A stretch of 64,000 nucleotides of DNA from an uncultured delta proteobacterium (GCA_963801665.1 CAWDFL010000003.1:280901-344900), one strand, 5' to 3'; shown: positions 38,343 to 48,338, counted from the first letter of the stretch. Numbers and translations are program-made. Notes: generated from the letters alone by a model not told the origin.

Positions 38343-39510
38343 GCATCAATGGTTCTGCTACAGCTTCAAGTCTGCGCGCCGTTCCTTCATCAGTGATCTC
38401 TGGAAGCGACTTTCCGAGAGCGTAAGCTGCGGATAGGTCTTGGAAAAGCGCCATCGATCGGCCGGCTTTGGGGGTAATCGCGATGAGATCAATCCATTGT
38501 TTGTAAAACCTAGCGATCTGTTCTCTCGCAGCATCAGGGGCGTTCAGCGCTGTATACTGCCTCTTGATCTCGGTGAATTCTGCGCGCGTCGGATGCGAAG
38601 CGGCAAGCTTCGAGATCGCTGCGTCGAGCCAGACCTTGAATTGGGGCCCAATGCCAACGCGTCGCCTTAGCGAAGGGAGTGCCAGCCTTACTTTTGGCTG
38701 ACGGGCGGGACTCCCGGCCAAAAAGTATTGGTATCCCGAGCCGATGCCGATAGCAGGGTGATCGACCAAGCCCTTCGCCCATAAGACCAAGTTAAGACCC
38801 CAATAGGGCCCGGCGATCCTGATTTTGGACGAAATGCGCTCGTTAAGTTCCTGGTGAAGGTCTATAAGGGCGCCGAAACGCTTTTTGAGCGTCGAGGAAC
38901 CACTGTCGTCCGTGAGACTGCTGTCCACGACCCAAAACCCATCCGCCCCAGCTTCGTGATAACACCGTTCAGCCTGTTTTACTTTCGGGTTCCGCGCCAC
39001 TTTGCCGCTAACCTGGTTTTGGTGCGTGAAAAGTATAGGGAGGATCAGCTTCCCAGAGAATCCGTTGGCGCTTTTCCATCTCCCAGCCGCTGCCGCCAAG
39101 AATCGATTGATCTTATTGCGGCCGGAACCATTCACTACTGGTAGCTGGGGCACAGTTATCCATGCCGGTCTGTATGTAACGCACCTATCCAAAACAGCTT
39201 TCACTAACGCGTTTACTTCCGATGAGAGTGGTATCCCCTGATAGTCACCCGCGCCGATTTTCTCGAAGTTTATGAACGTTCTCATAAAGTCGAACCAACC
39301 ATTCCTCTTGTCCGGTCGGCTCCGTCGGCTCACGAGATCATCCATCCCGTCGATGGCGGGATCTATCCACACCTTAAATGAGTCATCTAGAATGCGCAGA
39401 AAATTAGTCGCCCGATCCAAGGGCACGCGGACCATCTCCGAATCCGGATAGATTTTTCGCGCGAGTCTGCAGGTTTCCTCGCCCGTGACGAAGGGAATGT
39501 ATTCCGCCAT
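38329..39510 (-). CDS. Hypothetical protein, 393 aa, predicted alpha/beta (TIM-barrel-like)
   Basis: Long low-GC ORF with a GAGGT RBS, 8 nt after the FRG stop; alternating beta/alpha pattern (VWIDP, ITVP, LPILF, GFWVV, IAGPY, IGIG). Confidence 0.75.
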   Translation of the reverse strand: MAEYIPFVTGEETCRLARKIYPDSEMVRVPLDRATNFLRILDDSFKVWIDPAIDGMDDLVSRRSRPDKRNGWFDFMRTFINFEKIGAGDYQGIPLSSEVNALVKAVLDRCVTYRPAWITVPQLPVVNGSGRNKINRFLAAAAGRWKSANGFSGKLILPILFTHQNQVSGKVARNPKVKQAERCYHEAGADGFWVVDSSLTDDSGSSTLKKRFGALIDLHQELNERISSKIRIAGPYWGLNLVLWAKGLVDHPAIGIGSGYQYFLAGSPARQPKVRLALPSLRRRVGIGPQFKVWLDAAISKLAASHPTRAEFTEIKRQYTALNAPDAAREQIARFYKQWIDLIAITPKAGRSMALFQDLSAAYALGKSLPEITDEGTARRLEAVAEPLMLSCL

Positions 39511-39518
39511 TGTTTACC

Positions 39519-40334
39519 TCATAGTCCTGCCGTCCGACGCACATGAGCGCAGACGTGTTCGGGTTCGGGAAATATGAACATCTCCCCGATGCCGACCCTC
39601 TCCAACTCGTTCAGCAGCGACATCTTGTGCTCACGCAGAATGGGCACGTAGAGAAGAGAACTGGCCTGCTGCCAATCGAGGTCGAACTTACGCGAACCAT
39701 GCAGCGTGAACGCTCCTTGCTGCATAGCAATGCGCTCGTTGTTCCACGTTGGATTGATTGCAATCGTTCGTCGTCCGCGAGTGTGAATTCGACCATCTAG
39801 TTTGAAGTAGTTCTTGATGATGTTCGAGTCCCGTTCCAAGTCGAACACTCGTGGCGATCTCGCGTCGGTACTTTGGTTAAGCTCAATCGGATTGAGGATC
39901 ACCACCAGTCCGTCAACGTCCGGGTATTTGCAACAAGCGAAAAAAAGCGCAACCGCCGCGTTCTGGGTCCAGTCCAATAGCCGGGTGGGGAGCCCATAGT
40001 GCTGAGCAACCTGCATCCATCCTAATTCGTTATCAGGGGCTGGTGGGCGTGATAGCTTCATTTCCAAGAATCGCTTCATGTCGGCAACGAGTCCGAGTGC
40101 TCGGTCCCTTTCCTCGGGTTCGCCATATCGGAGGGCGGACGGGGCAAGCCGATAGGTCAAATCAGGATGCCCGCGAAACCAGAACAAGTTGTTTGGCTCG
40201 AGAAGAGAGTGAAACACGCCGAAAAAATCGCTCAGCGTTAAAATCAAGTCGTCCTTAAATATTGGACAATCGAGCCCGCAATTTCGATAACGATTTGATA
40301 GCTTGCGGCGATCCTGACCGGTTGTGGACGGCAT
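39519..40334 (-). CDS. FRG domain protein
   Basis: WFRGH...LAPSALR, AQHYGLPTRLLDWTQNAAVALFFAC, NERIAMQQGAFTL, LERVGI...IFPE. Confidence 0.92.
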   Translation of the reverse strand: MPSTTGQDRRKLSNRYRNCGLDCPIFKDDLILTLSDFFGVFHSLLEPNNLFWFRGHPDLTYRLAPSALRYGEPEERDRALGLVADMKRFLEMKLSRPPAPDNELGWMQVAQHYGLPTRLLDWTQNAAVALFFACCKYPDVDGLVVILNPIELNQSTDARSPRVFDLERDSNIIKNYFKLDGRIHTRGRRTIAINPTWNNERIAMQQGAFTLHGSRKFDLDWQQASSLLYVPILREHKMSLLNELERVGIGEMFIFPEPEHVCAHVRRTAGL

Positions 40335-40608
40335 ATGAGATCATCCCTATGGTTTGAGTTGGTTTTCTTCACCTGAGTGTTGGCGATTCCGTCGGAATGC
40401 GTCATCTGGGAATGCGTTCTTGAAAACAACCTTTGTAAACTCTTAGTGAGTGGCCGCGAGTTTATGAGGGACAGAGCGACGCGGCAAGCAAAATAGATCG
40501 CTAAGGCTAGTGCTGGGCCGGTCGCGGATCTGCTTACGGCGCCGATCAGTGAAAAATGACGCTACCGTCGGCGCACACTTCGTATTAGCGGCACTCGAGC
40601 GGTGCCAT

Positions 40609-41889
40609 TCATGGTGCGAAACGCTCGCGCGTCCAGTTGGCCAGCACTTTCATCAGGCGCGGACGCGGATCGCCGAGATGCGCTTTCGTGCCGCCGGCGC
40701 GCATGAAGTGATCGGCGCCCTCGATGAATGCGATCGTCTTGTCGCCGGCGCCCGACGCCTCGAACTCCGCACGCACGTCGGAGAGAAAAATATCCTGGTC
40801 CGCATTCGCGCCGACGATCAGCGTCGGCGCCGTGACTTTGGGCAGGTTCACCGCGGTCTTCGCGTACGACGACAGCCCCGACCAGGTCGATAGCCACGCA
40901 TCGGGCGTGACAATCCGTCCAAGCCCGAACGCCGAGTAGTTCGCGAGGTCCGGACGCGGGGAAATGATCGATCCGACGGCGCGCTCGGACGGATCGATCG
41001 ACAGATCGCAGTAATTCGGATTCGCCTGCGTGCGATAGACGATCATGTAGGTCGGCGCCATCGCGCGGCGCGCGGCGAAATTTCTGCGCGCGGGCGGTAT
41101 CGCGGCAAAATCCTTGTCGCGCATGATCGCGCGCGAAGAACTCGCCTCATCTATATGCCGCCGCGCGATCGCGTCGATCCGCGCGCATCGCGAGCGTTGC
41201 GCCGCGCGATACCGCTCGACGAACTCCTTCGAATAGGTGCTCGCGGCGGGCGGCGTGCGAAATCCGTTAGCCTCGTCATACATGTCGAGCGCCGCGTCGG
41301 ACGCGATCGGATCCGATTCGTCAACCACCGCCGCGTCGAGGCAGCTCATCAGGACCATTCCCTGGCCCGGATGCGCCGCCAGCATGATAAATCCGTCGCA
41401 CAACGGCAGCTCGAACTTGTTCAAGTCAGGAGGACCGCCCGCCGGAGGCGCCGACACGCGCTGACCTTTCGGCGTGCGCGCCTGAGCGTCGTAATAGGAG
41501 AACAGCGATCCCCCGCCCGAGTTGCCGAGCATCACGATATGTTCGAAACCTTCTTCCTCGCGCAGAAATTTTACTCCCGCCGCGAGGTCGAGCAGCAGAT
41601 CCTCGTGCAGCATCATCGCGTCGTTGTTCAAGTAGCGCGTGTTGAGCGCGAATGCCGCGAAGCCCGCCTCGACCCAGTACGGAATCGAGTAATGGGTCGA
41701 GAAGTCGGCGCGCGGATGCGACATGATCACGACGGTGCGCGGCTTTCCCTTCGGCGGCATCCACAGCACGCCGCGCGATTTACCAAGGTCCGCGGCGTAG
41801 AGCTGAACGACGCGCTGGCGCACATCTGGATTGATGTCGCCGAAATCGATCGGGTAACGGACGGGATAATCAGCCGGCGCCTTAGGCAT
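40609..41889 (-). CDS. Alpha/beta hydrolase
   Basis: GNSGGGS nucleophile elbow, ADQD, GADH. Confidence 0.85.
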   Translation of the reverse strand: MPKAPADYPVRYPIDFGDINPDVRQRVVQLYAADLGKSRGVLWMPPKGKPRTVVIMSHPRADFSTHYSIPYWVEAGFAAFALNTRYLNNDAMMLHEDLLLDLAAGVKFLREEEGFEHIVMLGNSGGGSLFSYYDAQARTPKGQRVSAPPAGGPPDLNKFELPLCDGFIMLAAHPGQGMVLMSCLDAAVVDESDPIASDAALDMYDEANGFRTPPAASTYSKEFVERYRAAQRSRCARIDAIARRHIDEASSSRAIMRDKDFAAIPPARRNFAARRAMAPTYMIVYRTQANPNYCDLSIDPSERAVGSIISPRPDLANYSAFGLGRIVTPDAWLSTWSGLSSYAKTAVNLPKVTAPTLIVGANADQDIFLSDVRAEFEASGAGDKTIAFIEGADHFMRAGGTKAHLGDPRPRLMKVLANWTRERFAP

Positions 41890-41987
41890 CGCGTTCACCT
41901 CGCTCGCTCGCCTTATAGCAGGAAAGCGGCGCACTTTCGTCCCTCGCGGCGATATGTCAGCCTCGATTGTTTCGAGGACTGATCATT

Positions 41988-43034
41988 TTGAAAACCGGAA
42001 TTATCGGCGCGCGAGGCGCCGGAAAGTCTGCGGTGTTCCACGCGCTCACCGGGCTCGCGCCGATTCCTGGCGCCGCCGAAGGCAAAAATCGCGGCCGCCC
42101 CGGACAGATCAAAGTCGCCGACCCGCGCCTGGATTTTCTCGAGGCCACCTACGGCTCGAAAAAGAAGGTCCCGGTCGAACTTACGATTCTCGATTTCGCG
42201 CCCAATCCAAAGGAACAGAAAGAGGGCGCCGCGCTCGATGCGAGCCTGCTACCGCTCATCCGCGATCTCGACGCGCTGCTCGTCGTCATCCCGCAGTTCG
42301 CCGCGATGCACAAGGACCTGCTGCCCGCGCTCGAGAGTATCGAGGGCGAGCTGGTCTTTGCCGATTTCGATCAGGCCGAGCGTCGTCTCGAGCGCGTGAA
42401 AAAAGATCGCAGCGCGACCGAGTTCGAGAAGACTGCGCTCGAAAAAGTCCTTAAATGGCTCGAAGAGGGCAAGCCGCTGCGCCTCATGGAGATGACGGCG
42501 CAGGAGCTCGCCGCGTTTTCGAGCTTCGGCTTTCTTTCGCGCAAGCCGGTGCTAGCGGTCGTCAACTGCGAGATGGAAGCAGCCGCCGCCGATATCACCG
42601 AGGCCGAGCGCACCGCCGTCCATGCGCGCGGAATCGAGGTCTTCAGGCTCGCCGCCTCGTTCGAGTCGGAGCTGTGGGAGCTCGAAGCCGACGGACGCAA
42701 GGAGATGCTCGCCGCGGCCGGCCTCGACGCGCCCGCGCGCGATCGATTGATCACGGCGCTCTACGCGCATCTTGGGTTGATCGCTTTCTACACCGCCGGC
42801 GAGCCGGAGGCGCACGCATGGTCGCTGCATCGCGGCGACACCGCGCTCGACGCGGCCGGCGTGATTCACAGCGACATCGCGCGCGGATTCATCCGTGCCG
42901 AAGTCGTCAGCTACGAGGATTTTGCCGCGCTCAAGTCGGATGCGAAGGTCAAGGAAGCCGGAAAGCTCCGCCTCGAAGGCCGCGACTACATCATGCGCGA
43001 CGGCGATATCATCCATATCCGCTTCAAGGTCTGA
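41988..43034 (+). CDS. ychF: YchF/Obg-like ATPase (divergent paralog, DUF933/TGS C-terminus)
   Basis: GARGAGKS, VADPRLD, FYTAGEPEAHAW, AGVIHSDIARGFIRAEV, GKLRLEGRDY..DGD...RFKV. Confidence 0.82.
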   Translation: MKTGIIGARGAGKSAVFHALTGLAPIPGAAEGKNRGRPGQIKVADPRLDFLEATYGSKKKVPVELTILDFAPNPKEQKEGAALDASLLPLIRDLDALLVVIPQFAAMHKDLLPALESIEGELVFADFDQAERRLERVKKDRSATEFEKTALEKVLKWLEEGKPLRLMEMTAQELAAFSSFGFLSRKPVLAVVNCEMEAAAADITEAERTAVHARGIEVFRLAASFESELWELEADGRKEMLAAAGLDAPARDRLITALYAHLGLIAFYTAGEPEAHAWSLHRGDTALDAAGVIHSDIARGFIRAEVVSYEDFAALKSDAKVKEAGKLRLEGRDYIMRDGDIIHIRFKV

Positions 43035-43151
43035 GCGCCCTCGCGCGCGAGCATTGAATTTACTCGCGCGGGTCTGATTTAAGACTGGTACAGAATGCCA
43101 GTCAGGGCGCCGCCTATCGGCGCCCGCCGGCGAGAGCTTTCCGGAGCGCAA

Positions 43152-45257
43152 ATGAACGAGCAAGTCACCCGCCAGATTCTCTGGAACATCCCGATCCCAT
43201 TCATCGTCCTGATGTACTCGCTGCTCGTGGTGCTGATCGCCGCGTACGTATGGGCGGGGCTCGGATGGTACCGCAGGATTCGGCTCGGCGTCGCCGACAA
43301 TCGCCTCGACCAGATTCCGCGCCGCGTGTTTCTTTCGCTGCGCGACGCGCTCGGGCAGGGCTACGTCACCCGCGAGTCCTGGGGATGGATGCATTACTCG
43401 TTCTACGTCGGCTTCGTCGGGCTGCTGATCGGCACGACGATCGTCGCGATCAACAGCGACGTGCGCGACCTGGTCGAGCTCTTCGGGCTCCAGCTCTATT
43501 TCTATTACGGCGATTTCTACCTGTTCTTCAAAGCCGCGATGGACACCTTTTTCCTGATCCTGATCGCGGGAATTTTGGCCGAAGGCGCGCGCCGCCGCTT
43601 GCGCAAGCCGTCGGTGCTGAATCAGCCTCCCGCCGATAAGGTCAACGACAACTTGGAGAATCAGCTCGGCTACTGGTTTCCGATGACGATGCTGGTGCTG
43701 GTCGCGTTGACCGGCCTGATGCTCGAGGGTGCGCGCATCAACGCGACTCATCCGAAGTTCACCGAATGGGCTTACATCGGCCGCACCATCGGCCATATCG
43801 AGGGCGCGCTCGGCGCTGGCGCAACCTATCATCGCTACCTGTGGCTGACGCATCTGATTCTCGTTTATGTGCTCCTCGCCTGTTTCGCGTTCACCAAGCT
43901 GCGCCACCTAGTGTTCGGGCCGGTGAACCTGTTTTTCCGCAATCTCGGGCCGCGCGGCCGCCTCGCTCCGATCAAGGATTTCGAGACCGCCGAGACCTTC
44001 GGCGTCTCGCAGGTCGAGCAATACACCTGGAAGCAGTTGCTCGATATGTCGTCGTGCCTCGAATGCGGGCGATGCACTATCAACTGCCCGACGGTCAACA
44101 CCGGCAAGACGCTGAATCCGAAATTTCTCGTGATCGAACAGCGCGAGCATCTGCTGCAGAAGGCTCCGTTCCTGCTCGCCGCCGAAGCCGCGAAAAACAG
44201 CGGCGACGGCGCGGAGCCTCCGGTCTGGGACGGTCCCGACATGATCACGCAAGTCGCGACCGAAGCCGCGGTCTGGGGATGCACGACCTGCGGATGGTGC
44301 GAGGAGGGATGCCCGGTCGGTATCGAGCATATCCAGCGCATCGTTGACATGCGCCGCTACGAAGTCCTGATGGAAAGCAAATTTCCGCAGGAAGCGACGA
44401 GCGCGTTCAAGGGAATCGAGAACCAGGGCAATCCATGGGGACTCGCGGCCGAGAAGCGCGCCGAATGGGCCGCGGGCCTGGGCATCCCGGAGATGGCGGA
44501 GGTCGAGGATCCCGCCGATCTCGACGTGCTCTACTGGGTCGGATGCGCCGGTTCGTTCGATGAGCGCAACCAGAAAGTGTCGCGCGCGTTCTCGGCGCTG
44601 ATGCGGCAGGCGGGAGTCAAATTCGGAATCCTGGGAAAAGAGGAAACCTGCACCGGAGATCCCGCGCGCAGATTGGGCAATGAGTATTTGTACGCTACCG
44701 TCGCGGCGCAGAATGTCGAGACGCTAAATCGCTACAAGCCGCGGCGAATAGTCACTCAGTGCCCGCACTGCTTTCACAACCTGAAGAATGAGTATCCAGA
44801 CTTTGGCGGCAATTATACAGTTCTGCACGAAGCCGAATTTCTGGCCGAGCTGGTTCGTGCGGGACGCCTCAAACCCAAGGAGATTTTGAAAGCACGCGTC
44901 ACCTATCACGATCCCTGTTACATGGCGCGGCACAACCGCGAATGGGACGGCGCGCGCGAGATTCTCCGCGCGGTTCCCGGTACGGAAGTAACCGACGTCG
45001 ATCAATCGAAGAACCGGACATTCTGCTGCGGCGCGGGCGGCGGATGCATGTGGAAAGAAGAGCATGAGGGAACCCGCATCAATCAGAAGCGCCTCGATCA
45101 GCTAAGCGAAGCCAAGCCCGAGTGCGTCGCCGTAGGATGCCCTTTCTGCATGACGATGATCGAGGACGCGGTAAAATCGCGCTCGCTGGAAGACACGATG
45201 CGCGTGCGCGATCTGTCCGAAATCATGGCCGAAGCCACCGGCGCGCTGGAGAAGTAA
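43152..45257 (+). CDS. Membrane Fe-S oxidoreductase (FadF/HdrDE-like; 4Fe-4S dicluster plus CCG domains)
   Basis: TM N-terminus, CLECGRCTINCP, CTTCGWCEEGCP, YWVGC, TYHDPC, CCGAGGG, GCPFC. Confidence 0.92.
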   Translation: MNEQVTRQILWNIPIPFIVLMYSLLVVLIAAYVWAGLGWYRRIRLGVADNRLDQIPRRVFLSLRDALGQGYVTRESWGWMHYSFYVGFVGLLIGTTIVAINSDVRDLVELFGLQLYFYYGDFYLFFKAAMDTFFLILIAGILAEGARRRLRKPSVLNQPPADKVNDNLENQLGYWFPMTMLVLVALTGLMLEGARINATHPKFTEWAYIGRTIGHIEGALGAGATYHRYLWLTHLILVYVLLACFAFTKLRHLVFGPVNLFFRNLGPRGRLAPIKDFETAETFGVSQVEQYTWKQLLDMSSCLECGRCTINCPTVNTGKTLNPKFLVIEQREHLLQKAPFLLAAEAAKNSGDGAEPPVWDGPDMITQVATEAAVWGCTTCGWCEEGCPVGIEHIQRIVDMRRYEVLMESKFPQEATSAFKGIENQGNPWGLAAEKRAEWAAGLGIPEMAEVEDPADLDVLYWVGCAGSFDERNQKVSRAFSALMRQAGVKFGILGKEETCTGDPARRLGNEYLYATVAAQNVETLNRYKPRRIVTQCPHCFHNLKNEYPDFGGNYTVLHEAEFLAELVRAGRLKPKEILKARVTYHDPCYMARHNREWDGAREILRAVPGTEVTDVDQSKNRTFCCGAGGGCMWKEEHEGTRINQKRLDQLSEAKPECVAVGCPFCMTMIEDAVKSRSLEDTMRVRDLSEIMAEATGALEK

Positions 45258-45297
45258 ACCCGATGCGTCAGCGCCGCTCCCAAGCTAGGATGAAACC

Positions 45298-45486
45298 ATG
45301 AAGCTCGCGGCGGTTTTCTGCAAGGTTCCCGAAGGATACATCGGCTTCGTCGAGGAGCTGCCCGGCGCCAACACCCAGGGCCGCACCCTAAGCGAAGCGC
45401 GCCGCAATCTTCGCGAAGCCGTTGAGCTCGTCATGCAAACCAATCGAGAGTTGGCGGAAGAGTCCGTTAGGGGCAGCACAGTATGA
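45298..45486 (+). CDS. HicB-family antitoxin (short, orphan)
   Basis: GYIGFVEELPGANTQGRTLSEARRNLREAVELV. Confidence 0.8.
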   Translation: MKLAAVFCKVPEGYIGFVEELPGANTQGRTLSEARRNLREAVELVMQTNRELAEESVRGSTV

Positions 45487-45654
45487 TCTGATTCCTCGCC
45501 CTGAAAGGGAGAGGTTAGGTGAGGGACCTTATTCAGCGCGGCGCGCTCGCGACGCGCGATTAAAAGAACAGAGCAGCACCCTATCAAGAAAGTCGATATA
45601 CCTTTCCCGCGTTAAGGAAAAGGGAACCTGGTTCCCGAGCACGCCAAAAGAAAC

Positions 45655-45825
45655 CGACCTAACCCCCGACCCCTTCCCGCACGGGAAGGGGGGTCAGAAA
45701 CCGAACCTCGAGGGCAAGACTGGCAGGCGGAGGGTCGCTAATGGTGGCGGGAATTGGCCAGACCACTGGAACGCTTGCGATCAGTGTGCCCCTTCCCGTG
45801 CGGGAAGGGGACAGGGGTTAGGTCG
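45655..45825. repeat. Inverted pair of 36-bp REP-like hairpin repeats
   Basis: CGACCTAACCCCCGACCCCTTCCCGCACGGGAAGGG (45655-45690) is inverted at 45790-45825 with 2 mismatches; related units near 45500 and 45970. Confidence 0.75.
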
Positions 45826-46006
45826 ATTGCCTGAGCAGCACCCTCGCCCGAGAACCTCCGATTTTCATCCATCAAGGTGCGCCCAGCCCATCCCAACTCA
45901 CCCGCGCGTCACGAGGCTTGCGAAAGAAACGCAAGCCTCGCGCCACGTCGCCCGCGTGCCAGTGGCACCTCCCGGAGGGAGAGGGTATCTCAGATCGAGT
46001 TAGCCG

Positions 46007-46966
46007 CTATTTGAGATCGCGCAGGAACTCGAGGATCGCGCGATTCACTTCGGACGGCTTTTCCTGCTGCGTCCAATGCCCCGACCCTTTTATCAGCACG
46101 GTCTTGCGCAGGTTCGGCACCCACGTGTTCATTCCTTCGGCCATCTCGGGACGCAGCACCACGTCGAGCTCCGCCGTGATCATCAGCGCGGGCGCATCGA
46201 CGCGCTGCTCGAACGCGGCGCTCTCTTCCCAGTTGCGATCGAGGTTGCGGTACCAGTTGAGCCCGCCGCGGAATCCGGTCTTCTTGAACCCGGCGACGAA
46301 CACCTGGAAATCCTCATCGGTCAGGAACGATCCGTGCGGACCGTCGGCGAGCCGGTCGAGGATTCCGCCGCCCGCCGGTCCGAACACGCCGGGCACGGTC
46401 GCGCGCAGCGCGGCCGGATCGATCTTGGGCGGATCCTGGTAGAAGCCGCGCAGCGTGCGCGCGACGTCGCGCTCGAGCTCCGCCTCCGCGACTCCGGGAG
46501 TCTGGAAATACAGGATGTAGTGAAAATTGCCGGCCGCCATCGCGGTCATCATCTCGGTCGGTTTCATCGGGCCGCGCGGCAGAAACGGAGTGTTGATCCC
46601 GATCACGCGCTCGATGCGCGTGGGATGCATCATCGCGGCGTTCCACGCGGTCATCCCGCCCCAGTCGTGGCCGACGATCACGCACTTTGGGATCCTGAGC
46701 GCGTCGAGCATGCCGATTATGTCGCCGACGATCTGCTTCTGCGTGTATGCCTCGATCGCCGCCGGACAATCGGTGTCACCGTAGCCGCGCTGGTCGGGCG
46801 CGATCGCGCGGAAGCCCGCGTCCGCCAGGGCTTTCAGTTGATGCCGCCATGAGTACCACAGCTCCGGAAAGCCGTGGCACATGACGACCGGAAATCCGGC
46901 GCCCGCCTCGGCGACGTGCATGCGAATGCCGTTGGTGTTTACGAAGTGATGCTTGATCTCGGTCAT
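46007..46966 (-). CDS. Epoxide hydrolase-like alpha/beta hydrolase
   Basis: CHGFPELWYSWRHQ, GHDWGG, YILYFQ, LNWYRN, GHWTQQEKP. Confidence 0.92.
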   Translation of the reverse strand: MTEIKHHFVNTNGIRMHVAEAGAGFPVVMCHGFPELWYSWRHQLKALADAGFRAIAPDQRGYGDTDCPAAIEAYTQKQIVGDIIGMLDALRIPKCVIVGHDWGGMTAWNAAMMHPTRIERVIGINTPFLPRGPMKPTEMMTAMAAGNFHYILYFQTPGVAEAELERDVARTLRGFYQDPPKIDPAALRATVPGVFGPAGGGILDRLADGPHGSFLTDEDFQVFVAGFKKTGFRGGLNWYRNLDRNWEESAAFEQRVDAPALMITAELDVVLRPEMAEGMNTWVPNLRKTVLIKGSGHWTQQEKPSEVNRAILEFLRDLK

Positions 46967-47120
46967 CGTATGATCCTCCGCGCGGTCCAGGTTGATTGCG
47001 GCCGCGAGCGGCGCGCATTTGCGACGTGCGGACATCATGCGGAAATCACGCGCGGCATGGAAGCCGCCGCGAAGAGCGCATGAGCGCGATCGATCTGACT
47101 TGCTGGCGCTGTTTCCGCGA

Positions 47121-47480
47121 CTGTCATTCCCGCGCGTGGCTGCCGCGCGAGAGCCTGTCCTGAGCAAGGCCGAAGGGAGTCCCGAACGAAAGGCCATAGC
47201 ATGAGATGCGGACTGGGAGCATGCCCGCCTCGGGATTCCTCGCCTTGGGCTCGGAATGACGATCGGGGGCTCGGCTGAGACTACGATACTCATTCACCAA
47301 ACCCACATCCGTCATTTCGACCCCTTCGGCGTTGCTCAGGGCAGGCTCCGAGAGAAATCCCGGGGCGTTCATGCACGCATCCGCGAGTTGGCTGAAGGCC
47401 GAGGGCCGAGCACGGAATTTCCTTCGGCGTTGCTCAGGACAGGCTCTCGCGCGCGGCAGCCACGCGCGCGGGAATGACAG
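47121..47480. repeat. Composite REP/MITE-like element, copy A
   Basis: About 58-bp terminal inverted repeats (CTGTCATTCCCGCGCG...CGCGCGGGAATGACAG); four GTCAT-type units; scaffold shared with 50326-50629. Confidence 0.85.
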
Positions 47481-47588
47481 TCAACTTTGGATCGATTTCA
47501 AACCGCAGGTTTGACATCCGAACGCGCGCCGCCCTATGCTCTTCTGTTAATCCACAATATACTTTTTGTAGGCCGGAGGTACTTTCAC

Positions 47589-48239
47589 ATGAGCCGTGAT
47601 TTTGAATTCAAGGCGTTGCTGCGCGCGTATCGCAGCGGAATTATCGGAGAACAGACGTTCGAGGCCGAGGTTGCGGCGCTCGAGAAATCCGGAACCGGGA
47701 TGAACGGTAACGGCTCGGGCGGCTTCCACGCTTTCGGCAAGAGCTACAAGAGCGAGCGCGCCGCGGTGGTGAGCTTCCTCGACAAAGTTCGCGCGGGCGA
47801 GGCCAACGGCGGAGAGGCGTTCGCCGCATGGGCGGAAGTCTGCACCACCGATTGCATCCGCTCCGGAATCCGCATGATCGCCGAGCGCGAGGCCTATCAT
47901 TCGCGCGTCTTCGCGCAGCGCCTGGCGGAGCTTGGCGGTGAGCAGCGCGCGACCGTGACCGAAGAGGGTCGCAAGTTCACCGCATACCTGGGCGACCGCC
48001 GCGTCCCCGATACCGAGAAGCTGCTCAAGTTTGTCGAGCGCGTGGGCAAGCCCGAAGACGCGATCAAGCCGATCTGCGAATTCGCGGCCCTGCTCAAAGA
48101 GGACGTGGGAACCAAAGAAGCGCTGCGGCTGTTCGCGGAAGACGAGCTTTCGACCGCGAAGTGGCTGTACGAATCCTGCGCCGCGCTCAACGCGCCAGCA
48201 TCAGCGGCCAAATCGGACGAGCGCCGCGCCTCGATGTAA
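47589..48239 (+). CDS. Hypothetical protein: SHOCT-like N-terminus plus ferritin-like helical domain
   Basis: LLRAYRSGIIGEQTFEAE; RAGE...EREAYH...EDE carboxylate/His pattern; GGAGG RBS. Confidence 0.65.
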   Translation: MSRDFEFKALLRAYRSGIIGEQTFEAEVAALEKSGTGMNGNGSGGFHAFGKSYKSERAAVVSFLDKVRAGEANGGEAFAAWAEVCTTDCIRSGIRMIAEREAYHSRVFAQRLAELGGEQRATVTEEGRKFTAYLGDRRVPDTEKLLKFVERVGKPEDAIKPICEFAALLKEDVGTKEALRLFAEDELSTAKWLYESCAALNAPASAAKSDERRASM

Positions 48240-48264
48240 TCGTTCCTGTCTCGACTGAAATGAC

Positions 48265-48300
48265 GAGCGGGGTCCGCGAGGACCCCGCTCTTTTCTTTCT
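48265..48300 (+). terminator. Rho-independent terminator
   Basis: GAGCGGGGTCC-GCGA-GGACCCCGCTC followed by TTTTCTTTCT. Confidence 0.85.
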
Positions 48301-48338
48301 CAGCTCGCACGCGGCGGAGCGTGCGCGATCGGGGCGGC

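Noticed and set aside
45422-46003. 193-aa ORF as the HicA toxin
   Set aside because: It translates through REP-like hairpins (LTPDPFPHGKG) and has no HicA motif.
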